The notes under the pieces: model-generated
Databases searched by the model: none
Told to the model about the DNA's origin: nothing
The model's input: the letters and a program-made list of their open reading frames with translations, nothing else
Part shown: piece by piece, positions 53,032 to 62,667 of the stretch
Numbering within the stretch: position 1 is the first letter of the stretch
Layout of the letters: the number at the start of each line of letters is the position of its first letter
Source of the DNA: an uncultured Alphaproteobacteria bacterium
GTDB lineage: Bacteria; Pseudomonadota; Alphaproteobacteria; Rhizobiales; Xanthobacteraceae
Reading direction: 5' to 3'
Length of the DNA: 64,000 nucleotides
Assembly (NCBI GenBank): GCA_963774715.1
Contig: CAVZFX010000003.1
Coordinates: 81,824-145,823 of the forward strand
Made by a program: the position numbers and the translations under genes

Positions 53032-53883
53032 TTAGCGTTCCGCGGTCTCCTGATGCCAGACCAGGAGCCGGCGGCGGATCACCGCCATGGCCTTGATCAG
53101 GGCGTAGCCGACCACTGCAATCTCGACGATGCCGGCGAACACGCCGCGCAAATCGGCAAAGCGCGAGGCACTCATCATGGCGCCGCCCAGCCCATAGCCG
53201 CCCATTACCATCTCGCCGATGATGGCGACGATGAGCGAGATCGGCAGTGCCACCTGCAGCCCGGTCATGATTTGCGGCAACGCCGCCGGCAGCTTGATCT
53301 GCCACATCACCTCGCGCTCGCTTGCGCCCATATTACGCGCCGACCAGATCAGCTCCATGTCGACAGCCGCGATGCCGGCCAGCGTCGCGGTGACGACCGG
53401 GAAGATCGCGTCGAACACGACAATGGAGATTTTCGAGACGTCGTAGACGCCAAGCCACAAAATGATAATCGGCAGAAATGCGATTTTCGGCATGGGAAAG
53501 CCGACCGAAATGATCGGGTCGAAGAACCAACGAACCAGCCGGTTCCGTGACATCGCGGCGCCGAGTGCGATACCGAGTACGGCGGCGATGACAAATCCGG
53601 TCATGGCGCGGGCGATTGTGAGTCCAAGATTGATCCACAAGTCGCCGCTGATGGCGTCGGCGTAGATGCGCTCGGCGACGGCGGAAAACGGCGGCAGCAT
53701 GAATGCGGTCACCCTGCCGCTGCGGGCGAAAAGTTCCCAGGCAATCAGCACCACCAAAACGGAAAAAACGCCGGCGCCGCTGCGGAACACGACGTCGAGA
53801 CGGCGAGCTGCATCGTAGGTGACGTCGGCTTCTGCGGCCGCCAACGAGGCCGTGTCTTCTATTCCCGCCATTGCAGCAACCAT
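53032..53883 (-). CDS. ABC transporter permease (BPD-type)
   Basis: Multi-TM protein. The motif SARNMGASEREVMWQIKLPAALP is the EAA-loop region. Start ambiguous (53883 or 53871); it overlaps the upstream permease stop. Confidence 0.85.
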   Translation of the reverse strand: MVAAMAGIEDTASLAAAEADVTYDAARRLDVVFRSGAGVFSVLVVLIAWELFARSGRVTAFMLPPFSAVAERIYADAISGDLWINLGLTIARAMTGFVIAAVLGIALGAAMSRNRLVRWFFDPIISVGFPMPKIAFLPIIILWLGVYDVSKISIVVFDAIFPVVTATLAGIAAVDMELIWSARNMGASEREVMWQIKLPAALPQIMTGLQVALPISLIVAIIGEMVMGGYGLGGAMMSASRFADLRGVFAGIVEIAVVGYALIKAMAVIRRRLLVWHQETAER

Positions 53884-54614
53884 TGCATGAGAAGCTGATA
53901 GAGCCGGTCGGCGGCAAAACCCAGGAAGGCGACGGTGAGCACCACCGCATACATGCCTTCGTAAGCGCCGGTCGAGCCGAGGTAACCGATCAGATAGCCA
54001 AAACCCTGCTGCGAGACGATCAATTCGGAACTCACCAGCAGGATGAAGGCTAAAGCGAGTGCGGTGCGGATGCCGTTGAGCAATTCCGGCAGCGCGCTCG
54101 GCACCACGACGTCCCACAGCAAGCGCAGCCGTCCGGCGCCCATGCTCCGCGCCGACCAAATCAGCGCCTGGTCGCTGCCGCGCGCCCCGTTATAGGCGCC
54201 GATGGTGACCGGGATCATGCAGCCGAGAAAGATGAGCAGGATTTTGGAACCATCGCCGAAGCCCAGCCACAGCACAGTCACCGGAATAAGCGCCGATTTC
54301 GGCAGCGGATAGAACAGCTCCACCAGCGGATTGACGAACACCTCCAACAGCCGCCAACGCGCCATGAGGATCCCCAGGCCGCCGCCGACCACGACAGCCA
54401 AAAGGAGACCCATGGCGCCGCGATATAGCGAGGCCGCACCGTTGTCGACGAGCTCGCCGTCGCGAACGAGATCGACCCACGCCGTCGCCACGTGAGTGAG
54501 CGGCGGCAGCGCCTGGCTGTCGATGAGGTTCAAGCGCGCCGTCACCTCCCACGCGAGCGCCAGAATCACGAGCGGCAAGTAACGGAAACTCGCTTGCGTC
54601 ATGGCTTGCATCAA
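53859..54614 (-). CDS. ABC transporter permease (BPD-type)
   Basis: SARSMGAGRLRLLWDVVVPSALP EAA-loop region; 6 TM-like segments. Confidence 0.88.
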   Translation of the reverse strand: MMQAMTQASFRYLPLVILALAWEVTARLNLIDSQALPPLTHVATAWVDLVRDGELVDNGAASLYRGAMGLLLAVVVGGGLGILMARWRLLEVFVNPLVELFYPLPKSALIPVTVLWLGFGDGSKILLIFLGCMIPVTIGAYNGARGSDQALIWSARSMGAGRLRLLWDVVVPSALPELLNGIRTALALAFILLVSSELIVSQQGFGYLIGYLGSTGAYEGMYAVVLTVAFLGFAADRLYQLLMQWLLQWRE

Positions 54615-54639
54615 ACCCGGCCTCGTTAGCGCGCCTTCG

Positions 54640-55434
54640 TCAGGTTGCCTTGACTTCTTGCGCCTTGATCGCCTCGTCGCGCACCAGATTCCAGATTTCG
54701 TCGGCCTTATCGACGAATTCCTTCGTACGCAGGATGCTGGGATCGCGATTGGCGAATTTTGTCTCGACGATTTTCTTGATGCATCCCGGCCGCGCCGACA
54801 TCACCACCACGCGCTCGGCGAGATAGACCGCTTCCTGCACGTCGTGGGTGACGAAGATCACGGTCTTCGGGGTCCGCTTCCAGATGCTGAGAAGCTCGGT
54901 CTGCATCAGCGAGCGCGTCTGTGCGTCGAGCGCCCCGAACGGCTCGTCCATCAGCAAAATGCTGGGATCGAAGGCAAGCGTGCGCGCGATTGCGGTGCGC
55001 TGGCGCATGCCGCCGGACAATTGCGACGGATAGCTGTCCTCGAATCCCTTCAAACCGACGAGGTCGATGAAAGCTTGCGCTCGCTTTTCCCGCTCGGGGC
55101 GCGGTAAGCGCTGGCGTTCCAGACCGTAAAGAATATTGGTGCGCACGGTTTTCCATGGAAACAGCGCAAAATGCTGGAATACGATGCCGCGATCCGGTCC
55201 GGGCGCAGTGACCGGCTTTCCCTCGACCAGGATACGGCCGGCCTCGGTCGGCAGGAACCCGCCCACGAGGTAAAGCAGCGTCGATTTTCCGCAGCCCGAA
55301 GGGCCGAGGATCGCCAAAAATTCGCGCGGCCGCACTTCGAGCGACACGTCGGACAATGCGAGCACGGCCCGCCCGCGTGGCGGGCGGTAGGTGTGGTTCA
55401 CCCGCTCGATGACGATCTGGCCTTTGCCGTCCAT
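54640..55434 (-). CDS. ABC transporter ATP-binding protein
   Basis: Walker [10 protein letters not shown], signature LSGGMRQR, Walker B ILLMDEPF. Confidence 0.93.
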   Translation of the reverse strand: MDGKGQIVIERVNHTYRPPRGRAVLALSDVSLEVRPREFLAILGPSGCGKSTLLYLVGGFLPTEAGRILVEGKPVTAPGPDRGIVFQHFALFPWKTVRTNILYGLERQRLPRPEREKRAQAFIDLVGLKGFEDSYPSQLSGGMRQRTAIARTLAFDPSILLMDEPFGALDAQTRSLMQTELLSIWKRTPKTVIFVTHDVQEAVYLAERVVVMSARPGCIKKIVETKFANRDPSILRTKEFVDKADEIWNLVRDEAIKAQEVKAT

Positions 55435-55611
55435 TAACGCTTTCGCATCCCTGGAGCTTCTTTCTCAGCGCGATTGTGCCCGCACCCTAGCCGGGCCGGC
55501 GCGCCACACCAAGGGCTGTGATACCCCGCATGGCGCGGCAGGAGCCCGCGTTTGGTAGGGTCCCGCAAAAGTGGCTATATGTGACGTCAACGCGACGGTC
55601 TGGAAGCACCG

Positions 55612-58600
55612 ATGGAACGCTCGTTCAAGAAGGAAGTGGCTGCGCTGCGGCTGGGCGCCGGCGAGATTTTTCGCGGCGAGGGCATTCTCGCCGTTACCAA
55701 GGCATTGCTGCAGTCGGGCGTCAGCTATGTCGGCGGCTACCAGGGCGCGCCGGTCTCGCACCTGCTCGACGTCATGGTGGATGCCGAGGACCTCTTGGCC
55801 GATCTCGGCGTACACGTTGAGACCTGCACCAACGAGGCCGCCGCCGCCGCCATGCTCGGCGCCTCGATCAACTATCCGCTGCGCGGCGCGGTGACCTGGA
55901 AATCCATCGTCGGCACTAATGTGGCGGCGGACGCGCTGTCGAACCTGGCGTCGCCCGGCGTCATCGGTGGCGCGCTGATTGTGCTCGGCGAAGATTACGG
56001 CGAGGGCGCGAGCGTCATCCAGGAACGCTCTTATGCCTATGCCTTGAAATCCTCGATCTGGCTCCTCGACCCGCGCCCAGACTTGCCGACCATCGTGCGC
56101 ATGGTCGAGAAAGGGTTTGAGCTTTCCGAGGCAAGCCACGCCCCGGTGATGCTGGATTTGCGTGTGCGGGCCTGCCATGTCACCGGCGAATTCGTCGCCA
56201 AAGACAACAAACGCGGCGTCTACAGCGGCCGGCACCGCATCGAGGGCCCGCCGCGCTTCGAATACGGCCGGCTCGCGCATCCGCCGGTCATCTTCAGCCA
56301 GGAGCGGCTGAAGATCGAACAACGCCTGCCTGCCGCGCAAAAATTCATCCAAGAGCAAAAGCTCAATGAGCTGATTCCCGGCGAAATTGGCGAGATCGGC
56401 ATCATTGTTCTCGGCGGCCTGACCAATGGGCTTCTTCGGGCGCTGGCGCGTCTCGAACTCGCCGATCTTTACGGCGCCTCGCGGGTGCCGATCTATGTGC
56501 TCAATGTCGCTTATCCGCTGGTGGCGGAGGAGGTGAAGAACTTCTGCGCCGGCAAACGCGCGGTGCTGGTAGTCGAAGAGGGCTCGCCCGACTACGTCGA
56601 GCAGCAAGTCAATGTCATCTTGCGCGGCGCCGATATCCAGACCCGCGTCCTCGGCAAGGGCTGTTTACCGCGCAGCGGCGACTACACGTCGGAAGCTTTT
56701 TTACGTGGCATCGCCGCGTTCCTGTCGGAAACACATCCCTCCGGCATCGATATCGACGCCGTGTCGGCGCAGGTCGCCGCAATAATCGGGCACAAATCGG
56801 ATATCGCCGCCGCTGTCGGCGACATTCCACCGCGGCCGCCGAATTTTTGTACCGGCTGTCCCGAGCGGCCGGTCTTTGCTGCGATAAAGCTTGCCCAGCG
56901 CGAGATCGGCCCAACTCATATCAGCGCCGATATTGGCTGCCATTCGTTCGCGACCTTCGCGCCGTTTTCGCTTGGCAACTCTATTCTCGGCTACGGCATG
57001 TCGCTCGCCAGCGCGGCCGCGGTCGGCCCGAACATGAAGAAGCGGACGATCTCGATCATGGGCGACGGCGGCTTCTGGCACAACGGGCTCATCACCGGCG
57101 CCGCCTCGAACATGTTCAACAATGGCGACGGTGTCCTTGTCATCATGCAAAACGGCTACGCTTCGGCCACCGGGCAGCAATATCTGCCATCGAGCAAGGC
57201 CAACCGCAGCGGCACGCCGACCGGCATCACCATCGAGAACACGCTGCGCTCGCTCGGCATCACTTGGCTGCGCACGGTGCGCAGCTACAGCGTGGCGAAG
57301 ATGGCGGCGACCCTGAAGGAGGCGATGCGCACGGCCGAGCGGGGCCTCAAGGTGATCATCGCCGACGGCGAATGCATGTTGGCGCGCCAGCGCCGCGTTC
57401 GCGCCGAGGATGCCGAGAAGCTCAATCGCGGCGAACGCGTGGTGAAGACGCGCTATGGCGTCGACGACGAAATCTGCACCGGCGACCACTCCTGCATCCG
57501 GCTGTCCGGCTGCCCGTCGTTGACGGTCAAGCCCAATCCCGATCCGTTGCGTTCCGATCCGGTGGCGACTGTGATCGAGAGTTGCGTCGGCTGCGGGCTG
57601 TGCGGCGAAGTCGCCCATGCGGCCGTGCTCTGTCCGTCGTTCTATCGCGCCGATGTCGTCAGTAATCCGACTTGGTGGGATCGCACGCTCAGCCGCGTGC
57701 GCGGCAATGTTATTGGATGGTTGGCCGGTGGAAGCACACCGATTTCACCTTCGCCCTTGAAGGGGCGGGAGGACGGCAATGTCCTCCCCGCGCCAGCCGT
57801 CACCAGCCTTTCCCACTCTCCGCCTCTGGCTGGACAGGAGAAGAATTCGGTTCGCCCACTTACCATTCTAATTGCCGCGCTCGGCGGCGAGGGCGGCGGC
57901 GTGCTCACCGACTGGATCGTCGCGGCGGCGGCGAGCCAAAAATTTCCCGTGCAATCGACGTCGATCCCGGGCGTCGCGCAGCGCACCGGCGCGACGACCT
58001 ATCATATCGAACTGGTGCCGGCGCCGCGATCCGGCGTCGACCCGCGTCCGATCCTGGCCCTGGCGCCGGGCATCGGCGATGTCGATTTGGTGGTGGCGAG
58101 CGAACTGATGGAAGCCGGCCGCGCCATCGCCGGCGGCTTTGTCACGCCCGAACGCACCACGACAATTGCCTCGACGAGCCGCTCCTATTTGACGACCGAA
58201 AAGATGGCGATGGGCGACGGCCGCTACGATCAGGACCGCCTGATCGCCGCGGTGGAGAAGAACTCGAAGAATGTCCTGCTGCTCGATCTTGAAGCGGTCG
58301 CGAAGCAGAGCGGCGCGATGATCAATGCAGTAATGCTCGGTGCGGTCGCGGGAGCTGACGCGTTGCCAATTCCGGCCGAAGCGTTGGAGGCGGCAATTCG
58401 CGCCGACGGCAAAGCGGTTGCCGCCAATTTGCGCGGCTTCCGAGCCGGCTACGAAGCGGCGCAGGCGGGTTCGCAATGGCGCCCGGAACCGGCCAAACGT
58501 CAGCGCGCAGCGTCAGCTTCGCTTGCCGATCTCGAACGAGCCATCGCGGATATGCCCGAGGCGGCGCGTCCGTTCATGACCGAAGGCGTTCGCCGGCTCA

Positions 58601-59370
58601 CGGCTTATCAGGATCTTGCCTATGCGCGACTTTATCTGGATCGCCTCGGTCCGATCCGCCTCGCTGATGCCAAATCCGGTGCCAATGGGCGGCTTCTCGC
58701 CGCGACGGCACGCCAACTTGCTGTGCGGATGTCCTACGAGGACGTGATCCGCGTGGCGCAGGCCAAGATCGACCCGGCGCGCCTTGACCGTATTGCGCAC
58801 GAGCTTGGCATTAAACCGGGGCAGACTTTCACGGTCACGGAATTCCTCAAGCCGGGAATCGACGAGTTTTGCTCGGTGTTGCCGCCATGGCTGGCGCGGC
58901 CCATTCTCGGCTTGGCGAAACGTCGTCCTACATTCGGTAGTGTTCACTGGGGCATGGCGGTCAATACCGCATCGGTTTCCGGCTATCTGCGTTTCAAGCT
59001 GCTCGCCGCGCTGCGCCGCTTCCGGCGCAAAACCTTCCGCTTTCAGGAGGAGCAGCAACAAATCGAGGCATGGCTTGAGCTTATCGCGCGCGCAGCACCG
59101 CATTCGCCCGAGCTTGCCGTCGAGATCGCCGAATGCGCGCGTCTGATCAAAGGCTATGGCGACACGCACAAGCGCGGCAGCGGCAATTACCGTTTGATCG
59201 CGGAGCATGTGATCGCGCCCGCGCTGGCGGGGGACATTCCCTTGGGTTCGGCAATCGACGCCGTCGTGAGCGCGCGTACCGCGGCACTGCTCGATCCCGA
59301 CGGCGAAGCATTGACCAAATGTCTCGCCGATCTTGCTTCGGCGCCGGTCCATGCGATCGCCGCCGAATAG
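55612..59370 (+). CDS. Indolepyruvate:ferredoxin oxidoreductase-family protein (fused alpha/beta, 1252 aa)
   Basis: TPP-domain GDGGFWHNG, Cys clusters CTGCPERP and CVGCGLCGEV, and a beta-type domain ILIAALGGEGGGVLTDWI. Confidence 0.92.
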   Translation: MERSFKKEVAALRLGAGEIFRGEGILAVTKALLQSGVSYVGGYQGAPVSHLLDVMVDAEDLLADLGVHVETCTNEAAAAAMLGASINYPLRGAVTWKSIVGTNVAADALSNLASPGVIGGALIVLGEDYGEGASVIQERSYAYALKSSIWLLDPRPDLPTIVRMVEKGFELSEASHAPVMLDLRVRACHVTGEFVAKDNKRGVYSGRHRIEGPPRFEYGRLAHPPVIFSQERLKIEQRLPAAQKFIQEQKLNELIPGEIGEIGIIVLGGLTNGLLRALARLELADLYGASRVPIYVLNVAYPLVAEEVKNFCAGKRAVLVVEEGSPDYVEQQVNVILRGADIQTRVLGKGCLPRSGDYTSEAFLRGIAAFLSETHPSGIDIDAVSAQVAAIIGHKSDIAAAVGDIPPRPPNFCTGCPERPVFAAIKLAQREIGPTHISADIGCHSFATFAPFSLGNSILGYGMSLASAAAVGPNMKKRTISIMGDGGFWHNGLITGAASNMFNNGDGVLVIMQNGYASATGQQYLPSSKANRSGTPTGITIENTLRSLGITWLRTVRSYSVAKMAATLKEAMRTAERGLKVIIADGECMLARQRRVRAEDAEKLNRGERVVKTRYGVDDEICTGDHSCIRLSGCPSLTVKPNPDPLRSDPVATVIESCVGCGLCGEVAHAAVLCPSFYRADVVSNPTWWDRTLSRVRGNVIGWLAGGSTPISPSPLKGREDGNVLPAPAVTSLSHSPPLAGQEKNSVRPLTILIAALGGEGGGVLTDWIVAAAASQKFPVQSTSIPGVAQRTGATTYHIELVPAPRSGVDPRPILALAPGIGDVDLVVASELMEAGRAIAGGFVTPERTTTIASTSRSYLTTEKMAMGDGRYDQDRLIAAVEKNSKNVLLLDLEAVAKQSGAMINAVMLGAVAGADALPIPAEALEAAIRADGKAVAANLRGFRAGYEAAQAGSQWRPEPAKRQRAASASLADLERAIADMPEAARPFMTEGVRRLTAYQDLAYARLYLDRLGPIRLADAKSGANGRLLAATARQLAVRMSYEDVIRVAQAKIDPARLDRIAHELGIKPGQTFTVTEFLKPGIDEFCSVLPPWLARPILGLAKRRPTFGSVHWGMAVNTASVSGYLRFKLLAALRRFRRKTFRFQEEQQQIEAWLELIARAAPHSPELAVEIAECARLIKGYGDTHKRGSGNYRLIAEHVIAPALAGDIPLGSAIDAVVSARTAALLDPDGEALTKCLADLASAPVHAIAAE

Positions 59371-59447
59371 CCAAGCCTCCATCGGGAACAAAGGCGCTAT
59401 CTTTTTTGTTCTTCTTGAGCGTGTAGTTGACGAGCGGAGGTCGCGCC

Positions 59448-59801
59448 GTGACTAAAACGGCCACTCGAAGATCGCCGCCGCGCAAAATTGCGCGGCACAA
59501 ACCGGCCCGGCGTCAAACCGTCCGGCGCACGGCCAATCGTTGGTCCGCGCGGGTCACGCGCGAAAGTGACGCCTTGGACCTGAAACAGGGCGTCTTCAGT
59601 CAACGCGACCCGAAGGCGATCGCCGCCTCGCTGAAGCGGTCGGCAGAGCGCAGCCGCCGCCGCAAGTCCGACCCTTATCGTTCGGCGCTGTCGATGCTGA
59701 GCTTCTATATCAATCGTGCCGGCAAGAATCTGCCGCCGGCAAGGCGCAAGACGCTGCAGCGCGCCAAGGCCGAATTGCGCAAGCAGTTCGGTAGACGGTA
59801 G
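59448..59801 (+). CDS. DUF3175-like small basic protein
   Basis: SAERSRRRKSDPYRSALSMLSFYINRAGKNL pattern. GTG 59448 has a GGAGG RBS; the longest ORF starts at TTG 59427. Confidence 0.7.
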   Translation: MTKTATRRSPPRKIARHKPARRQTVRRTANRWSARVTRESDALDLKQGVFSQRDPKAIAASLKRSAERSRRRKSDPYRSALSMLSFYINRAGKNLPPARRKTLQRAKAELRKQFGRR

Positions 59802-59955
59802 TCGCAATCCCCTGTCATCGCGCTTTGGCCGCAGCTTGAGCCGATGCATCCCATAACTGTCTCCCTCCGGGCTGCGCAGCCCCTTATAGCCGGTCTTTAC
59901 CCAGTTTTAACCAGTCGGTTCAATTCTGATTGCGACCTCAGGTGGCCCCTCGACG

Positions 59956-61632
59956 ATGCCCGGCTTCGATTTGTCCATCCGCACGAAGCTCGCGATCTGG
60001 TCGGCGCTGGGCGTGCTTCTGGTTGCCGGCATGCTCGTCGAGCAGCAAATCGGCGATCGCTCTGCGGCAGGGCTGCGCCATCTCGCCGACAGCAAGCAGC
60101 TCACGGCGATTGAAGCACTGCGTGCCGCGAAAGACCTCGGCAATATGCGGCTCGAATTGCGTGAGATGCGTCTCGCCATCGCGCCGAGCGACGTCGATCA
60201 TGCGCTCGAACGCCTGCACGCCGATGCGGTCGCCTCCGCAAAGCATATCAAGACGGCGATCGCCTTGAGCGACGCCCCGGCTGACAAGGCACAGCTCGAA
60301 AAGCTCGCCGCGCTCGTCGCCGACTATGTCGGCGTCAGCGGCAAGCTTGCGGTGGCCGCGAAGGATTATGGCGACACCGTCGCAATAATTGGGCGCGCCG
60401 GCGAAATCGGCGATGAGATGAACGCTCTGATCGAGAAATCGACCGGCGAATTGCTGGGCGCGGCCGAACAGCGCGAAGCGCAAGCCAGCACCCAGCGCGA
60501 ACATGTCGGCCGCATCGATCTCGGCATCGGGCTGTTCGTAGTCGCGGTCCTCGGCGGGTTCGCCCTGTTCGGCGCCGTTGCCATCATCAAGCCGATCCGC
60601 CGCATCGGCGAGGTGCTGCTCGAAATCGCTCACGGCAATAAGGACGTCGAAGTTCCCTACACCGGTCGCGCCGACGAGGTCGGCGATACCGCGCGAGCGG
60701 CGCAGACATTCAAGGAAAAGCTTGTCCGCATCGAGCAATTGGAAATTGCCGAAAAGGAAACCGCGCGCCAGGTGGCCGAACAGCGCCGCACCGACATTCA
60801 TACCGTTGCCACCACGTTCGAGGCGACCGTGGCAAGCGTGGTGCGCTCGGTATCGACCTCGTCCACCGAGCTCGAAGCCTCCGCCGAGACGCTCGGCGAG
60901 ATGGCCGGTGCGACGCGCGATTTGTCCGGCAGGGTGCTTGCCGCTTCAACTCAAGCCGCCGAGAACGTCGGTACTGTGTCGCGCGCCATTGAGGAACTGA
61001 TCGCCTCGGTCGGCGAGATCAGCCGGCAGGTCCGCGAATCGACGCATATTGCGCGCGAGGCCGTCGCGCAGGCAGAGAAAACGGACGGCCGCATCGCCGA
61101 ACTGACGCGCGCCGCGGCGCGCATCACCGACGTGGTGAAACTGATTACCGCGATCGCCGAGCAGACGAATCTGTTGGCGCTCAACGCGACGATCGAAGCC
61201 GCGCGCGCCGGCAAATCCGGTAAGGGCTTTGCCATCGTCGCGCAGGAGGTCAAAGCGCTGGCGGCGCAGACAGCGAAGGCGACCGGCGAGATTGGCTTGC
61301 AGATTGCCGGAGTGCAGGCGGCGACGCAGGATTCCGTCGTCAGCATCAAGGAGATCGGCGACACCATCGGTCGTATCGCCGACATCGCCGCAGTCATCAC
61401 CGACGCGGTCGAGTTGCAAGAAGCGACCACCCGCGACATCGCGGCAAACCTGCAGGCAGCGACCGGCAGCGCGGCAAATGTCGCCGCCAATATCGCCGAA
61501 GTCAACGACAGCGCCGGCGGCATCACCTCGGCCTCGACGCAAATCCTCGCCTCGGCAAAATCACTGTCGCAGGAGGGCAATCGGCTGTCCATCGAGATGG
61601 AAAAGCTTCTCGCTGCGATATGCGCGGCGTAA
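59956..61632 (+). CDS. Methyl-accepting chemotaxis protein
   Basis: Two TM segments plus HAMP, and the highly conserved signalling hairpin [35 protein letters not shown]. Confidence 0.93.
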   Translation: MPGFDLSIRTKLAIWSALGVLLVAGMLVEQQIGDRSAAGLRHLADSKQLTAIEALRAAKDLGNMRLELREMRLAIAPSDVDHALERLHADAVASAKHIKTAIALSDAPADKAQLEKLAALVADYVGVSGKLAVAAKDYGDTVAIIGRAGEIGDEMNALIEKSTGELLGAAEQREAQASTQREHVGRIDLGIGLFVVAVLGGFALFGAVAIIKPIRRIGEVLLEIAHGNKDVEVPYTGRADEVGDTARAAQTFKEKLVRIEQLEIAEKETARQVAEQRRTDIHTVATTFEATVASVVRSVSTSSTELEASAETLGEMAGATRDLSGRVLAASTQAAENVGTVSRAIEELIASVGEISRQVRESTHIAREAVAQAEKTDGRIAELTRAAARITDVVKLITAIAEQTNLLALNATIEAARAGKSGKGFAIVAQEVKALAAQTAKATGEIGLQIAGVQAATQDSVVSIKEIGDTIGRIADIAAVITDAVELQEATTRDIAANLQAATGSAANVAANIAEVNDSAGGITSASTQILASAKSLSQEGNRLSIEMEKLLAAICAA

Positions 61633-61654
61633 CGGCGCCGTCAGCCATGCTCCA

Positions 61655-62104
61655 CTAGGGGCGGGATTCCACCGGACAGAAAAACGTCCCCTCCACCTCG
61701 ACGATATCATCCTGATTGAGGCGGCTCACCTCGACGATCGTGCGCGGCGGATAAGGGGTGCCGGCCCAAAGCTCTTCTTGAATTCCGTTCACGAGTGGCC
61801 GGTAGCGATCCATAGCGGTGACATAGACCACCAGCCGTACGGTATTGCGCAGAGTTCCGCCCGCCGCCTCGACGACGGTCTTCATGTTCAGGAACGCCTG
61901 GCGGATGCGGGCCTCGGCGCCATCGACCAGCCGGTTCGTCACCGGATCGATGCCGCGCATGCCGGCGACGAAGACGAAATCGCCGGCGCGCAGGCCGACG
62001 CTCCAAGTGCCGGTCGGCTTGATGGCGCCGGGTGGCGAAAGAATTTCGATGTTATCGTCAGATGACATGGGGGAAACTTTTGATTTCACGCCAAACTCAG
62101 CCAT
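61655..62104 (-). CDS. RidA/YjgF-family protein
   Basis: GDFVFVAGMRGIDP...RTIVEVSRL pattern. The start could instead be ATG 62068. Confidence 0.82.
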   Translation of the reverse strand: MAEFGVKSKVSPMSSDDNIEILSPPGAIKPTGTWSVGLRAGDFVFVAGMRGIDPVTNRLVDGAEARIRQAFLNMKTVVEAAGGTLRNTVRLVVYVTAMDRYRPLVNGIQEELWAGTPYPPRTIVEVSRLNQDDIVEVEGTFFCPVESRP

Positions 62105-62168
62105 ATTCCGGAGCCAGATTCGCGCCGCTTGCCGCGTGCGGCCGGACTTCAGTATTCTAGCCCACGGC

Positions 62169-62243
62169 GCGGGCGTAGTTCAGTGGTAGAACATCAGCTT
62201 CCCAAGCTGAGTGTCGTGGGTTCGATCCCCATCGCCCGCTCCA
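62169..62243 (+). tRNA. tRNA-Gly (anticodon CCC)
   Basis: Cloverleaf folded by hand: acceptor GCGGGCG/CGCCCGC, D-arm GTTC/GAAC, anticodon stem TCAGC/GCTGA with loop TTCCCAA, T-arm GTGGG-TTCGATC-CCCAT. The CCA end is encoded. Confidence 0.9.
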
Positions 62244-62289
62244 GTCCGCCGATATTGCAGTGCGGTCGAAGGGGCCAGGCCGGACCGGG

Positions 62290-62314
62290 TTGCTCGCTTC
62301 GAGCGACTTTTTTC
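62290..62314 (+). terminator. Rho-independent terminator after tRNA-Gly
   Basis: TTGCTCG-CTT-CGAGCGA stem followed by CTTTTTTC. Confidence 0.6.
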
Positions 62315-62386
62315 TTGATTGGCGCAATGCACCGGATATCGTCCCTGTTGAGAGTCCAAAACGGCTCGTTTGGGGAGAGGAAAACC

Positions 62387-62590
62387 ATGGATCCGCAAAC
62401 CGAAAGGCGTGGCTGGAACTGGTGGTATCTGCTCTTTGTCCTGCAGTTTGTCGCGGTACTGTGGCCGGCGTTTTATAACACGGTCGAGCCCTCCTGGGCC
62501 GGCATACCGTTCTTCTACTGGTATCAGATGCTCTGGGTCATTATCGGCGCGGTTTTGACCGCGATCGTTTACTTCGCGACCGAAGCTTAG
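62387..62590 (+). CDS. DUF3311-type small membrane protein (partner of a solute symporter)
   Basis: 67 aa and two TM segments (WNWWYLLFVLQFVAVLWPAFY...IPFFYWYQMLWVIIGAVL). Immediately precedes an SSF transporter gene. Confidence 0.75.
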   Translation: MDPQTERRGWNWWYLLFVLQFVAVLWPAFYNTVEPSWAGIPFFYWYQMLWVIIGAVLTAIVYFATEA

Positions 62591-62667
62591 CGCCAGAAGG
62601 TCGCGCGAGGCCCGCGCGATAGCGCGAGCCGATCGGCAACAAAAAGCCAAGCCTGGGGAGGCACGCC

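Noticed and set aside
62129-62386. Upstream part of tracked ORF 62129-62590, overlapping tRNA-Gly.
   Set aside because: The first 86 codons run through the tRNA gene and its terminator. Only the distal part from ATG 62387 (DUF3311-like, two TM segments) is credible.
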